64,000 bases of DNA, from assembly GCF_006345805.1 (NCBI RefSeq), contig NC_043006.1:85932001-85996000 (forward strand), written 5' to 3'. Each line of letters starts with the position of its first letter. Position 1 is the first letter of the stretch. Positions 37,850-50,253 of the stretch are shown in pieces. The DNA comes from Octopus sinensis. Lineage: Eukaryota. The translations under genes were made by a program, and so were the position numbers. The notes below the pieces were generated by a model. That model was not told the origin of the DNA. It saw only the letters and a list, made by a program, of their open reading frames with translations, and ran no database searches.

Positions 37850-39460
37850 AAATATGCCATATCATATCAGCATACTTGGTCCGAATTGTAACAAAAACAA
37901 TGATAACCAGAAGACAAACGAGAAAAATAAGCTGAAACGACCTGTGGCTATTTGAACACACATAAAAAAATGGATAAAAAGAAAAGGAAAAAAGAAATAC
38001 AGACATTCACCATTGGTGAAAAGTTTCAGGGGCTGTCAGGAAAATAGAAGGAAAGTGCGGTTTAGCAAAAATAGTCTCAACGTACAAGTAAAGGAAATAC
38101 CAAAAATATTCAACTTTCCAATAGGAATAACAAAATTTTATTTACTAAACATCAAAGAACTACGGACGATATTGCATTACAATAAATTCAGAATTCTTTT
38201 GCATAAGAAATACAGAGAAACGGGATGAAATTATTAGTGGGTGGGTACTCGTTAGAGCTAGAGTTTTAGTCAGGACCCATTTTTGGCCATTTCCTCTGGT
38301 CAAGAAACTTGTTGCTTTGATCAACACCCTGGAAATAGTAGGTTAGTCCATAATGAATTACAGGAAGTTGTCAGCACTTTTTAATGGAATTTAGGTTTAT
38401 TTATAGGATCAGGCATGGCCGTGTGGTTAATAAGTTTGCTTCCCAACCATGTGGTATCTGGTTCAGTCCCACTTCGTCACATTTTAAACAAACATTTTCT
38501 TTTATAGACCTGCGCGAACCAAAAACTTTGTGAGTGAATTTGGTAGATGGAAAATGAAAGAAGCCGTTCGCATGCGCATACACACACACACATATACACA
38601 TACACACATTATGTATACACACACACATATATATGTGACTATATCTCCAAGTGTTGTTGTAAATGAGGATCACCATCATACAAGCAATTCTCTTTTGTTT
38701 CCAGTGTCACACAAAATACGAGTTGCTTGGAAACAGGTGAGAGTTGGCGACGGGTAGGGCATCCAACCGTAGAAAATCTGCCTCAACAAATTCGATCTGG
38801 CCTATGTAAGCATGGAAAAGTGTACACTAATGACAGACAGTGACATAAATAGTGATTCTCGTTCAAGCAAAAGCAAAATAGTGGAGTGTAATGACTGATC
38901 TAAGGTAAACAGAAGGTTGATCCACCGTTTTGTTCTCTTGTTTGGGAGGATAGGGTGTAAGATCGAACCTCAGTGATGGGAACAGTTTAACAATTTATGA
39001 TTTGAGAAAAAAAAAAAAAGATTTTAAGTCGAAATAAGGTTGTTCATTTTAAATTGTCATTTCAATAATTAGTAAATTAATAAGCCAGGAAGCACCATTT
39101 TCAGTAAAGAAAGTGAAAGGAACATTAAAATAAAATAAAATAAATAATTAAAACTATATTTTAGCAAATAAACAAAAAAACAAAACTAAACGTGACATTT
39201 AGAGAGGTGAAACGATGGTCGAGGATTTGTTGAGAAAGTAGTGAATGTAACAATCCAAATATACATAATTTTTGTACAGGGATGGGTTTTGATAACAGCT
39301 CACCTGAAAATAAGTCTGATGCAGGTGTGGCGAGGTGATATCGAGTCTGAACTAAAATTGGAGTGGTTTACCAGTCGATGGACAATGTTTCGGCTTAGAT
39401 TTTCTCTAGAGCAATAATAACATAAGTATTGCCACGGACTCTCACAGAACAACGTAATCA

Positions 39461-39510
<50 letters not shown>

Positions 39511-39639
39511 GTACGTATGTATGTATATCACAGAACTCGCCATAGATTTTCAATTACACAATCACATATATGAAATAAGGAACGTATCACTAGTGCCTGA
39601 TTCCATTTCTCCCGACCCCAATATTCAAAACCTAACTGC

Positions 39640-39686
<47 letters not shown>

Positions 39687-39862
39687 TAGTACATCGGTGG
39701 TGATAAGCAGCGACTGAAAGCTGGGTACTGTAACAGTACCAACAGAGAAAGTGGTTTAAACGAGGCAAGCCGGGTAGAGGAGTAGATGTTAGTGTATATG
39801 TCAGCAGAAACATTGCATGTGTAGAGCAATTAGGGGGGAAATGTTTTTGCCTTGTGTGATGG

Positions 39863-39932
<70 letters not shown>

Positions 39933-42800
39933 CACACATACATGTGTGTGTGGCAATGGTACCAGTTTTAGTTAACTAGTTGATAGCTAGAGAAGCTGCA
40001 ACCTAGAGAAAAATATTCTCTGTAAACAGAGACGACGTTGTTACATAATCTACTAAATATTTTTTCTAATCGACAAAATATTATTTACAGGTTAGAAGAA
40101 GAAATGGCTGCAACCGTGTGCAAAGTCTTCACAAAACTGTTATTGTTATGTTTTGAGAAGGGAAAACTGGCGAGGAATAGAAAGTAAAGCATTAATGTTT
40201 GCAGTCCTGGGATAAACAAAACTGTGAAGTTTAAGCTTCGTAATCTAGTTTAAAAGTTTTGATAAACACGACTGTGTAATCCAGTTTATTAGATGATTAT
40301 GGTTATGTTGTTAGGAATGTAGAAGACATTGATGATAATAATAAGACGAATAATAATATTATTAATAAAGCACCTGCTGTAATTATATTCTGATAGCTTT
40401 CTTTAACAACTCTAAAAGTATCGATGTCTTCGAAAAGTGGATTACATTGAAGAGATTAGTAGAGGAATGATTTTAATAGTGTTGTACAGGGGTTTTAAGA
40501 ATAAAAAGGGAGAATAATTTGACTTAAAAACAATGAAAATTAATATTGCGTGCCTGGAAAATGGGAGGGTAAGAAAGAGAAAGTGAGAGAGAAAAAGAAC
40601 AAGCGATAACAATTTGTGCAAAAAAACAAACAAACAAAACAAAATAAAGAAAAACTGCTAATAAAGCGGAAGAAGAAGGAATTCCTTTTTTTACCTTTGC
40701 TGGAATGTAAGAGAAGACGGTAAGGATGTTGAAGTTAGTAACTGTAGTTGTACAGGAGAGTGGTAGATGAGAAATTATAGGCAAATTACATGAAATCCGT
40801 TGAGTTATGTCGACATGTAGGGCGACACACCATCCATTTTCCCAGTGTGCAACTTGCCTGCTACAAATTTACTGCTCCTGCTTAGTCAAAACCCTCTACT
40901 ATTAACTACAACAGTGGTAGTAGTGCTTGGTGTAATTGTAGGAGTGCTTTGACGGCGGTCTCCACCTAACAAACACCACAGCGCTACAGCAGATGGTGCA
41001 GTTAAGCATCAGAAAACTCGCTTAGTTTTGCCTAATTACCGTTATTTATTCTTTTTCTTTAATTATGTCAAAGGCAAACCTTGTCATCATAGTTGTCTCG
41101 TTTGCTTTTATTGTTCAGATGTTTTTTTTATTCGATTGTGCAGTGTTGTTGTTTTTACATCATTTATAATACCAGAGATGGCGATGGTGGGGGAGGACCA
41201 GCGTAGATTTCAGCTGATAGTTCATCGCTCTCACCATCATCACCACCCCTTAAATAACAAAAGGGCTTTAACTGGGAACCTTAACACCACTCCTTATCTT
41301 TCTGCCCTTTCAGTTTAATATTTTTTACTTCTATTTTATAAACTGTTACACGAACAACCATTAGACAAGATGATGCTACATTTCTTAATACTTTAATTAA
41401 CCTTTTGTTGCATAATTATTTCCTTATAAAAATAATTAGTTTTTGTCTATCTGTTAGTCCTACTTGCTTACATCATTTAATTTTAAATATATTTTTTTTT
41501 ATTTGTTAGATCTGTTCAGATTACAGGCCTATGTGGTAATGTATTTATATAAATAGCAGATTCTTTATCTTATCGGGCTTTTTGAACACATTCCGTCCTT
41601 AGAGTCTTGAAAAGAAACTTCAGTACTTCATTTTTAAGCTTCCTTCGTCAGTTATCGTACACACAATGTCATGTTTTCGGCAAGTTTGTTGCAAAGTTTC
41701 CACTGCAATGTGGGTATTTTTTGGAGTTTTTTTTGTTTTTACAGTAAATAGTGATTTAAATTTTAATTTGCTTCAACATATCTTTTTCGCGTTAGTTATT
41801 GTTTTTCTTTTAGATGTTTTACCATACCCGATTCTGTACCATATTATTCTAATTTTAATTTCTTAAATTTTATTTTGCGAAGCTGACTTCTTTTGAACAT
41901 TTCTAAGATCGATAACTACAAGTAATAAGTGTCAGGTTAATAAGCTAAAAATCTTATAAGCGATCGAAGCAAATCAATAATTATACATTCTATAGCTAGT
42001 ACATTGAAATATTTAAAGCCCTAATATTTTAAAACTCTTTATCAATTTTCTCATCTTCCCTTACAAATCTACCGTAATTTGAGAGAGAACAAAACAATTT
42101 AAATGTCAGCTACAGCCACATCACCCCTTGCCATCCAACTCTTCATCTCAAGGTCTCAAGGTTATTGACCTAAACCTATTTCTCTTAGAATAATAAAAAT
42201 AAAAACGTCATTGGCAGTAACTGATATTGCCTCTTGCTGGCGATATGATTCCCTATTCCAACGACTTCTGCTATCTTCCAACCTCATCTAAATTCTCTGT
42301 TATCGAGATGGATGGCAATACACCTTGGTAGGATTGGTTTTTGCTCTGTTCCAAGAAAATCAGCAGTTTTCTATGTCTGTAGTTTATTGATTTCTGATTT
42401 TCCGCTAAACACGATGTCAATATTTGTTGGTATGTAACCCCAGTCAACTTTGCTCAAGTAGACAGAAACAACTTCTGAATTCTCCCTTCAGACATATAGA
42501 TAGAAGAAACCCAATACGTTGTTCTCAAGTAGAAATCTAATCTGATCGTTATTTTAATAGTAACCATCTCATCTCTAAGGCAGCAAATCTCTAGAGTATC
42601 ACAGCAAGTGCCCTCTGGCGCATATTCTAGCTTTCTGAGTTCTAATTCTGTCAAGGTCAACTCAATATTTTAGGTGGGGGTTAAGTTTTCTATTTTTTCG
42701 CATTTTCAGAAATGGCTATAAAAAAAATAAAAAAAGAAAAAATAAACGAAAAGAAAACCAAAGCTGCCGAAAACTACTTTTGTATTCTTCCACAAAAAAT
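37850..42800. promoter_or_regulatory. CpG-retaining region, probable shc promoter (possibly bidirectional)
   Basis: CpG dinucleotides are visibly frequent in non-repeat sequence here and scarce across most of 1-37 kb. The region lies upstream of the minus-strand shc exons. Judged by eye, not counted. Confidence 0.5.
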
Positions 42801-43124
42801 TCCACGACAAATACAAGGTGATGGTCTTGGAAATCATCATCACTCATTTGTAAACCTGATGGAATAAAGAAGGAATCTCACATCCATTGTGGGAATATTT
42901 TCTTGAGATTTAAGACATGAAACATAGTTTCATTTTCAAGACAACAGATCTGAGTAACTACAAAGAAGCTTCTGGGCCAACTCAAACATTTTACTGTAGG
43001 ATAAGGTGAGACTTGAACCAGAAACAAAAAGGTATTAAGCTAGATTAAAATGATCTTCATTTGGGCACCATGAGTTTTAGCCAAGTGATTTGTGTGAGGA
43101 AAAATAAAAACACTATTGTTATTA

Positions 43125-43490
43125 AGCTGGCAGAATTATTAGCATGTTGGACAAAATGCTTTATGGCATTTCAGTTGTCCTTAGATTCTGAGTTCAAATT
43201 CCACCAAGGTTGACTTTACCTTTCATCCTTTCAGAGTCAATAAAATAAGTACTAGTTGTGTACTGGGATCAATATAATCAGCTACCCTACTTCCCCCAAA
43301 TTCCAAGCCCTGTGCCTATAGTAGAAAAGATTATTAAATTCCGCCGAGGTCGACTTTGTCTTTCATCCTTTTGGGGTCAATAAATAAAGTACCAGTTTCG
43401 CACTGGGGTCAATGTAATCGACTTAATCCCTTTGTCTGTCCTTGTTTATCCCCTCTATGTTTATCCTCTTGTGGACAATAAAGAAACATA
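43125..43490 (+). mobile_element. Two adjacent SINE family C copies
   Basis: gctggcagaat...gagttcaaattcc...tttcatcc...aagtaccag. Related copies at about 4125-4290, 5250-5400, 16720-16935, 18315-18510, 21920-22120 (-) and 31965-32050. Confidence 0.75.
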
Positions 43491-43597
43491 TTATTATTAT
43501 TATATACTGGAAATCAATAACACTGTTTGTATGACTGTGACAATCATTTTACAACCACCATGTGCTGTAAAGACAAGGAGACTAAAACATACACACT

Positions 43598-43637
<40 letters not shown>

Positions 43638-44759
43638 CATGCATACATACATCTTCATGGTAACTGCAGTGTATTTGCCTTTAGCAGTTGAAATATGTGA
43701 CAAACATTTCAACTAACCAATATATATGATAGGCCTCTTTCAGTTTCTGTCTACCAGATCCACTCACAAGGCTTTTGTTGGCTCACAGAGAGAATGAACC
43801 CAGAACAATGTGGAAACAAACTTCTTACCATATAGCCATGCCTGCACTTATAAAATGTTTGCAAAAATAAAAACAAAACAAAACATCATAATTAGGTTGT
43901 ACAAAATTATTTTGGAAATTCAGTCTGCATTATTAATGAAGCAGCAAAGTAGAATGGTAATCATAATAATTGTTTCAAGTTTTGGCACAAGTCTAGTAAG
44001 CTTAGGAGAAGGGGTACTACAGAAATAATCATATAACACTTTTCTTAAAGTCCCACATTTGACCTTCCACTGTTGTCTGTAGTATATCATTATGATTTTG
44101 GATGACACTATGAATCATAAAATTTGTCTCAAAGCAGCTTATAAAGGTTGGTTGCAGTAAAATTAATACATCTTTTCTCATACAATTTCTAATTTACCCC
44201 ACTGTATATTTCTGTTATTATATTCCAGTCAGGTGTCATATATTTTAACAAATTGTTTTGTTGTCCCACTGCACACTAACCAAGGAGTCAGCAACAACAT
44301 TATGGTGGTTGTACATGGTCACGTACAAGGAAACAATGTTGTACATTGAATGTGGACAACTATGTACAAAGGGATAACAGTAACATTATGTACACCTATG
44401 TTCATATCTAATACACACTGCTGTATTAATGCTTACCTTTCACATGTGTCATGTACTCATAAAAGATTCTAAATCATATATACAAAATATTACTTATGCA
44501 GTGGAATATTACATTTTGTGATTTGGTGCATGATTATAGGTGATTTGTAAATAGAAGCAGGCCAGAAAAAAAAAAGGAAAGAGGTAGATACAGTTTACTG
44601 ATGTGTGAAAACAACCTTTAAATATGAAGAGACAGTGTATAAAGATGAATGTACATGCAAGTTAAGTAATCTTATATACTAATTAAATAATTCACACACT
44701 GATAGTGAGAGGTTTGTCATATAACAGTCATAAACCAGTTTATACACAATTTATGGAAG

Positions 44760-45035
44760 GGATTGTATGTTAAACACCCACAAGATTATTAACCATCGTG
44801 CCAACAACCACTTTGAGCACTTTTTTGAGCTCCATGTATCTAAGACATGTGGGCATGCCTACAAAGTCAGAAAACAACACAGGTCCCATGACTTTCGAAA
44901 ACATTTTTTTGCACTCAGAGTTGCTGGATGATGGAATAAACTACCTGCATCAGTTGTTAGTTGCTGAGACATTGCATCCATTAAAACCTCCATGCTTCCT
45001 GAAATCTGCCAACACTACACCTGATATCCCCACTC
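44760..45035 (+). mobile_element. Old CR1-type LINE 3' fragment
   Basis: FFELHVSKTCGHAYKVRK...DFRKHFFALRV..*WNKLPASVV. Confidence 0.75.
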
Positions 45036-45204
45036 AATACGCATGCATATATGTATATCATGTCTTGTACACTGCTCACTTTCCTATTGTACATAATTCT
45101 AGATACTGTACATGCACCTTTGACTATGTATAGTACACCTGAGCACAATACATAATAATATCGTTATTATTATGATGCAATGCTTTGCAATTTGAGCTTC
45201 ATTA

Positions 45205-45561
45205 AGACAATCTCTATATATAAACGGCAAAATGTCTGCGTGTGTGTCCTTTATACAAATCCACAATTTTTCAGTTAGAGGGCTCGCACTTTCTATGGTC
45301 ATTCAAACCATCCAAGGGTGGTCGTGCACATCTTTACATTTCCCCAGTCACCCTGCAAAGCCATTAAAAAATCAATAGAAGTGAATTTTCTATCCAAAAC
45401 CCAATCAAAATGCTTGAAACTTGATATGCCAATTGAATGCCAGCTAGCTGTATGTGATTGGTTGGAGATTTGGACAGTACTTACATGTATGTGCGCATGC
45501 ACGCAGCTGTATATGCATGCACTAGCACTATGACCAGGCGTTGCCAGGTCATAGTGCTAGT
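45205..45561. mobile_element. Helentron-associated-like element ending in a perfect 15-bp hairpin
   Basis: Starts ctctatatataaacggc...tgtctgcgtgtgtg and ends actagcactatgacc-aggcgttgcca-ggtcatagtgctagt. Confidence 0.55.
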
Positions 45562-46018
45562 ATACAATAAATCAGATTTGAAACTACTAAGAAAGTATTT
45601 CAACACGCAACAATTAGACTTGATATTAAAAGTCCAATTCAAACTGGAACATCTCCAAGATGAAAAATGTTCTTAGCACTTATTTGACATTGCCTTAAGA
45701 CATGCAGCATCACAAACAACTCAGCCTAAATGAAATTGTAGAAAACATTTACTAGCTGGCCGCTGGACAGAAAAGGTTTATCCCAAAAATAGTATATGAT
45801 ATGTTGCAAGATTCCTGATGTAAAACTGTGTGCTGAAACATATTGTTGTATTTTGGGATGAATTTTTTTTTCTGCCAAATAAACACTATATATGCATTGT
45901 ATATTAAGACAAGTTGCAATAAGAACAGTAATAAATGAGTAAAGAATGAATATATAGTGCATGTGTTTATTTAGCAAAAAAAAAAGAAGGAAAAGGAAAT
46001 GACCATCCTGAACTACAT

Positions 46019-46048
<30 letters not shown>

Positions 46049-46051
<3 letters not shown>

Positions 46052-46679
46052 AAATAAGAAAATGGAGAAATACATCCAAATCAATAAACAACTACCAGAT
46101 AATACCCAATCACATAATTTATTAAACCACTACATATGAACATTAAGGTCAAACATAATAATATAGAACAAAACAAAGTACATCAATGAGTAATATGAAA
46201 CAATAAGTACAGTGCATCGCAATTCCTAACATTTATGTATTAACTTTGTTGGGCACTTTACTAGCAGTATATTGGATATATGTTATCCCATGGTGGGTTG
46301 CACTCACAACCCCTATCTCAATTTGTAATTTTATATATATATATATATATGTGGTGGCTGCCCCCTCGTTATCGAGTATGGCCATTGCATGAAGCTTAAT
46401 CAATGTTGTTATCGTGCAATGTCTGTGCAAGAAAATTTTTTTTAAAGTGAGGAAAGGCTGTACACTGAGTCAATCTGACTCACTAAGCAACAGCAGCCAT
46501 AATCTGAAAAGAAGAACAAGTCAACATCATCGGTAACCAATGAGTCGCAGGTTCTATGTTGGAGTTATCCCAGTTACCTGAGTTACCTTCTCCTAGAAAT
46601 TTCTCATAGAAATAATTGGACTGAACACCCGATCGCGCGGTTAAACCATTGGGAGTGAAGGACTCCTAGCCTTTGCTAG

Positions 46680-46718
<39 letters not shown>

Positions 46719-47354
46719 TATATATACAAAATAAGAAAATGGAGAAATACATCCAAATCAATAAACAACTACCAGATAATACCCAATCACATAATTTATT
46801 AAACCACTACATATGAACATTAAGGTCAAACATAATAATATAGAACAAAACAAAGTACATCAATGAGTAATATGAAACAATAAGTACAGTGCATCGCAAT
46901 TCCTAACATTTATGTATTAACTTTGTTGGGCACTTTACTAGCAGTATATTGGATATATGTTATCCCATGGTGGGTTGCACTCACAACCCCTATCTCAATT
47001 TGTAATTTTATATATATATATATATATGTGGTGGCTGCCCCCTCGTTATCGAGTATGGCCATTGCATGAAGCTTAATCAATGTTGTTATCGTGCAATGTC
47101 TGTGCAAGAAAATTTTTTTTAAAGTGAGGAAGGCTGTACACTGAGTCAATCTGACTCACTAAGCAACAGCAGCCATAATCTGAAAAGAAGAACAAGTCAA
47201 CATCATCGGTAACCAATGAGTCGCAGGTTCTATGTTGGAGTTATCCCAGTTACCTGAGTTACCTTCTCCTAGAAATTTCTCATAGAAATAATTGGACTGA
47301 ACACCCGATCGCGCGGTTAACCATTGGGAGTGAAGGACTCCTAGCCTTTGCTAG

Positions 47355-47356
<2 letters not shown>
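46049..47356. repeat. Near-identical tandem duplication (unit about 677 bp including the TA tract)
   Basis: 46049-46681 is repeated at 46726-47356. The only differences I saw were two 1-nt A-run indels and the TA-tract length. Confidence 0.95.
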
Positions 47357-47407
<51 letters not shown>

Positions 47408-47458
47408 AAGTAGATAAATGGTACAACAAGGCACCAATATATATATATATATATAGAT

Positions 47459-47752
47459 ATGGAGGCAAAATGGCCCAGTGGTTAGGGCAGCGGACTCGCA
47501 GTTGTAGGATTGCGGTTTCAATTCCCAGACCGGGCGTTGTGAGTGTTTATTGAGTGAAAAACACCTAAAGCTCCACGAAGCTCCGGCAGTGGGGTGGTGG
47601 CGATCCCTGCTGTACTCTTTCACCGCAACTTTCTTCTGTTGGCCTACTCGCTTAGCCAGCGGGGTGGCGTCATTTGAAGGCTAAAACAATGCGAAGCGCA
47701 TTGTGACCAGCGATGTGCAGCAACATCTGATAGCCTGGTCGGTCACGGTGAT
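47459..47752 (+). mobile_element. tRNA-derived SINE family D, CpG-rich young copy
   Basis: A-box tggcccagtggttagg and B-box ggtttcaattccc. It is collinear with 57754-58062. Confidence 0.85.
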
Positions 47753-47847
47753 ATATATATAGTAAATGTGAAAATTATAAAAATTGCATGCTGGTAAAAA
47801 TCACATGCTGATTTCGCATGCTGATTTTATCAATTTTCACCTTTACT

Positions 47848-48190
47848 ATATATATAAAACTGACAATGTCTGTCTGTCTCTCTGTGTGTCTGTATGTGTG
47901 CATCACTAAAACTCAAGAACTACCCAACCGATTTCATTCAAATTTTACACATACACTACTTAGGGTCCATGGAATGTCATGGGCTAAAAAATTTTCAACA
48001 TCTTGTCTAATGTTAGCCTGGAGCAATCTCTTAGACTGTATTACATGGGAAAAGTGAAGCAATAACATCTCTATTATAATGTGAGATAATAGTTTCAGTT
48101 TTAATAGTTTCACTATTAATATTTTCACTATGTATATAATATATGCATAGTGAAACTATTAGAAGTGAAACTATCACCTCACATTACATA
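47848..48190. mobile_element. DINE-1-like non-autonomous element fragment
   Basis: tatataaaactg...tgtctgtctgtc...aaccgatttcattcaaatttt pattern. Confidence 0.45.
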
Positions 48191-48220
48191 TATACATACA
48201 TACATACATACATACATACA

Positions 48221-48256
<36 letters not shown>

Positions 48257-48581
48257 TATATATAAATAAATATATTTATATGTATATATATATATAAAAT
48301 AACAATTTAATAAATAAAACATTTGCATACATACATACATATATGTACATACCTACATCTATATGTATATATACATGCATATACATGCATATATATATGA
48401 GTAGAGGACACCACAAATAAACGTAGAACACAACGAGAAACGAAAACATAAAAACAAACAAGGAAACGGACTTTTTTTTAACAACGAAAAAACAGTACAA
48501 GACAAACAATACAAGGAATATTCCCCTTCATCAGCTGCCCCTGGTTCGACTCAATGCATACATACATACATATACACACAC

Positions 48582-48621
<40 letters not shown>

Positions 48622-48665
48622 ATGTGTGTGTATATATACTATTAATTAGAAATTTACACAGGATT

Positions 48666-49411
48666 TATAAGGCAAATAAGAAAATGGAGAGGATAAACAA
48701 TTGACAAACATCAGCCTGTAAACATTCAGTTATATCTATTTATTAATTGATTATAATCACATGTGTCAGTGATCCAAGTAAACAAATGAAAAAAGCCAAT
48801 AAAGATGTAAATAAGTATATAGAAGTAAATGAATAAGAATACTCAACATCTTACCCTTGCCGTTTCCCCCAGTATATCTGAAACATGATGCAACCCACAG
48901 CCTGCAGAAATTTCACCTGAAAGTGACTTTATTTACCATAAGATGTAATACCATGGATTATAAGAGCACCTTAAAATGAAGTTCTTACCATTCCTTACTA
49001 TTTCTATTATATTATTTTTATTTTATTTTACTCTATTATTTTAACTTACTTTCCCACATGTTAGTTTCCTAACATTTGGTCTCTCTGATGAAGCCTTGGG
49101 GCTCAGCCATTGACCAATCCCTGTTTATTGTTTGTTCATCCCTGTATATCACTGGCATGATGAGGATAACTTGGAAAATTTGGCAGCCCCATGGTAGAAA
49201 CAGTTGTAAGAGTTTACTATTTGTACACTTATCTATTCTTATTCATTTACTTCTATTTATATATTTATTTACTTATTTATTGACTTATTTCATTTGTTTA
49301 TGTGGATCACTTACACATGATTGTAATCAATTAAATATATAGATATAATTGAATGTTTACAGGTTGTTGTTTGTCGATTGTTTATCCTCTCCATTTTCTT
49401 ACTTGCCTTAT
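48666..49411. repeat. Inverted repeat with arms of about 180 bp enclosing a hammerhead motif (PLE-like)
   Basis: 48666-48841 (tataaggcaaataagaaaatggagaggataaacaat...) is the reverse complement of about 49230-49411. Confidence 0.8.
49081..49212 (+). ncRNA. Type I hammerhead ribozyme-like motif with a long stem II insertion
   Basis: ctct CTGATGA a gccttggggct...agccccatggt a GAAA CAGTTGT A agag. Confidence 0.6.
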
Positions 49412-49418
49412 AGCCTTT

Positions 49419-49485
<67 letters not shown>

Positions 49486-49893
49486 TGAAAGCAAATATAA
49501 AGATCTTGAAATAGAAATCAGCAAAATGTGGAACCTGAAGACTAAAACAATACCTGTTGTCATAGGTGCCCTGGGAATGATAGCAAAAGGGGCTGATTGC
49601 TACCTAACTCAGATACCAGGAAACCCCAAAATGGCAGAAATTCAAAAGATAGTGCTCATGGGAACTGCTCATATCCTACGCAAAATACTTTCTATGTAAT
49701 CTCAAGGTTTAAAACAAACATTTTTTTTTTTTAGACATCCACTAGTACAACACAAAAAACAACCAAATATATGGCACACTAGGCATAACAACAACGTGAA
49801 CTTCCAACCTGTTGTCTCTTGAGGTCTCTGGGTGAGACTTGGAGCCAACTTGTACAAATATAAAGCAAAAGTCAAACATAGAATAATAATAAT
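49486..49893 (+). mobile_element. R4/Dong-like (RLE-type) non-LTR retrotransposon 3' end inside a (TAA)n tract
   Basis: SKYKDLEIEISKMWNLKTKTIPVVIGALG...IQKIVLMGTAHILRKIL* (stop 49697-49699), followed by a 3'UTR. (ATA)n lies on the left and aataataataat on the right. Confidence 0.8.
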
Positions 49894-50253
49894 CATCATC
49901 ATCATTTAGCGTCCGCTTTCCATGCTAGCATGGGTTGGACGGTTCAACTGGGGTCTGTGAAGCCAGAAGGCTGCATCAGGCCCAGTCTGATCTGGCAGTG
50001 TTTCTACGGCTGGATGCCCTTCCTAACGCCAACCACTCTGTGAGTGTAGTGGGTGCTTTTTACGTGCCACCCGCACAGGTGCCAGACGGAGCTGGCAAAC
50101 GGCCACGGACAGATGGTGCTTTTTACGTGCCACCGGCATGGGGGCCAGGCGAGGCTGGCAACGGCCAAATAATATTAGGGAGTATAACTCCAAACTTACA
50201 GGGAAAAATTCAATTTAGTATTAAATCAAATTTCACAATATAAATATATAATA

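Noticed and set aside
42200-42700. Possible old LINE RT remnant (WKIAEVV-like, minus strand)
   Set aside because: It rests on a single weak motif that I cannot support by eye.
45814-45845. CTGATGT...GAAACATAT
   Set aside because: There is a core mismatch and no convincing stems.
48410-48545. CTGATGAAGGGG on the minus strand in a CpG-containing repeat
   Set aside because: It is probably a PLE-LTR fragment, but the GAAAC half is absent, so it is not called as a ribozyme.
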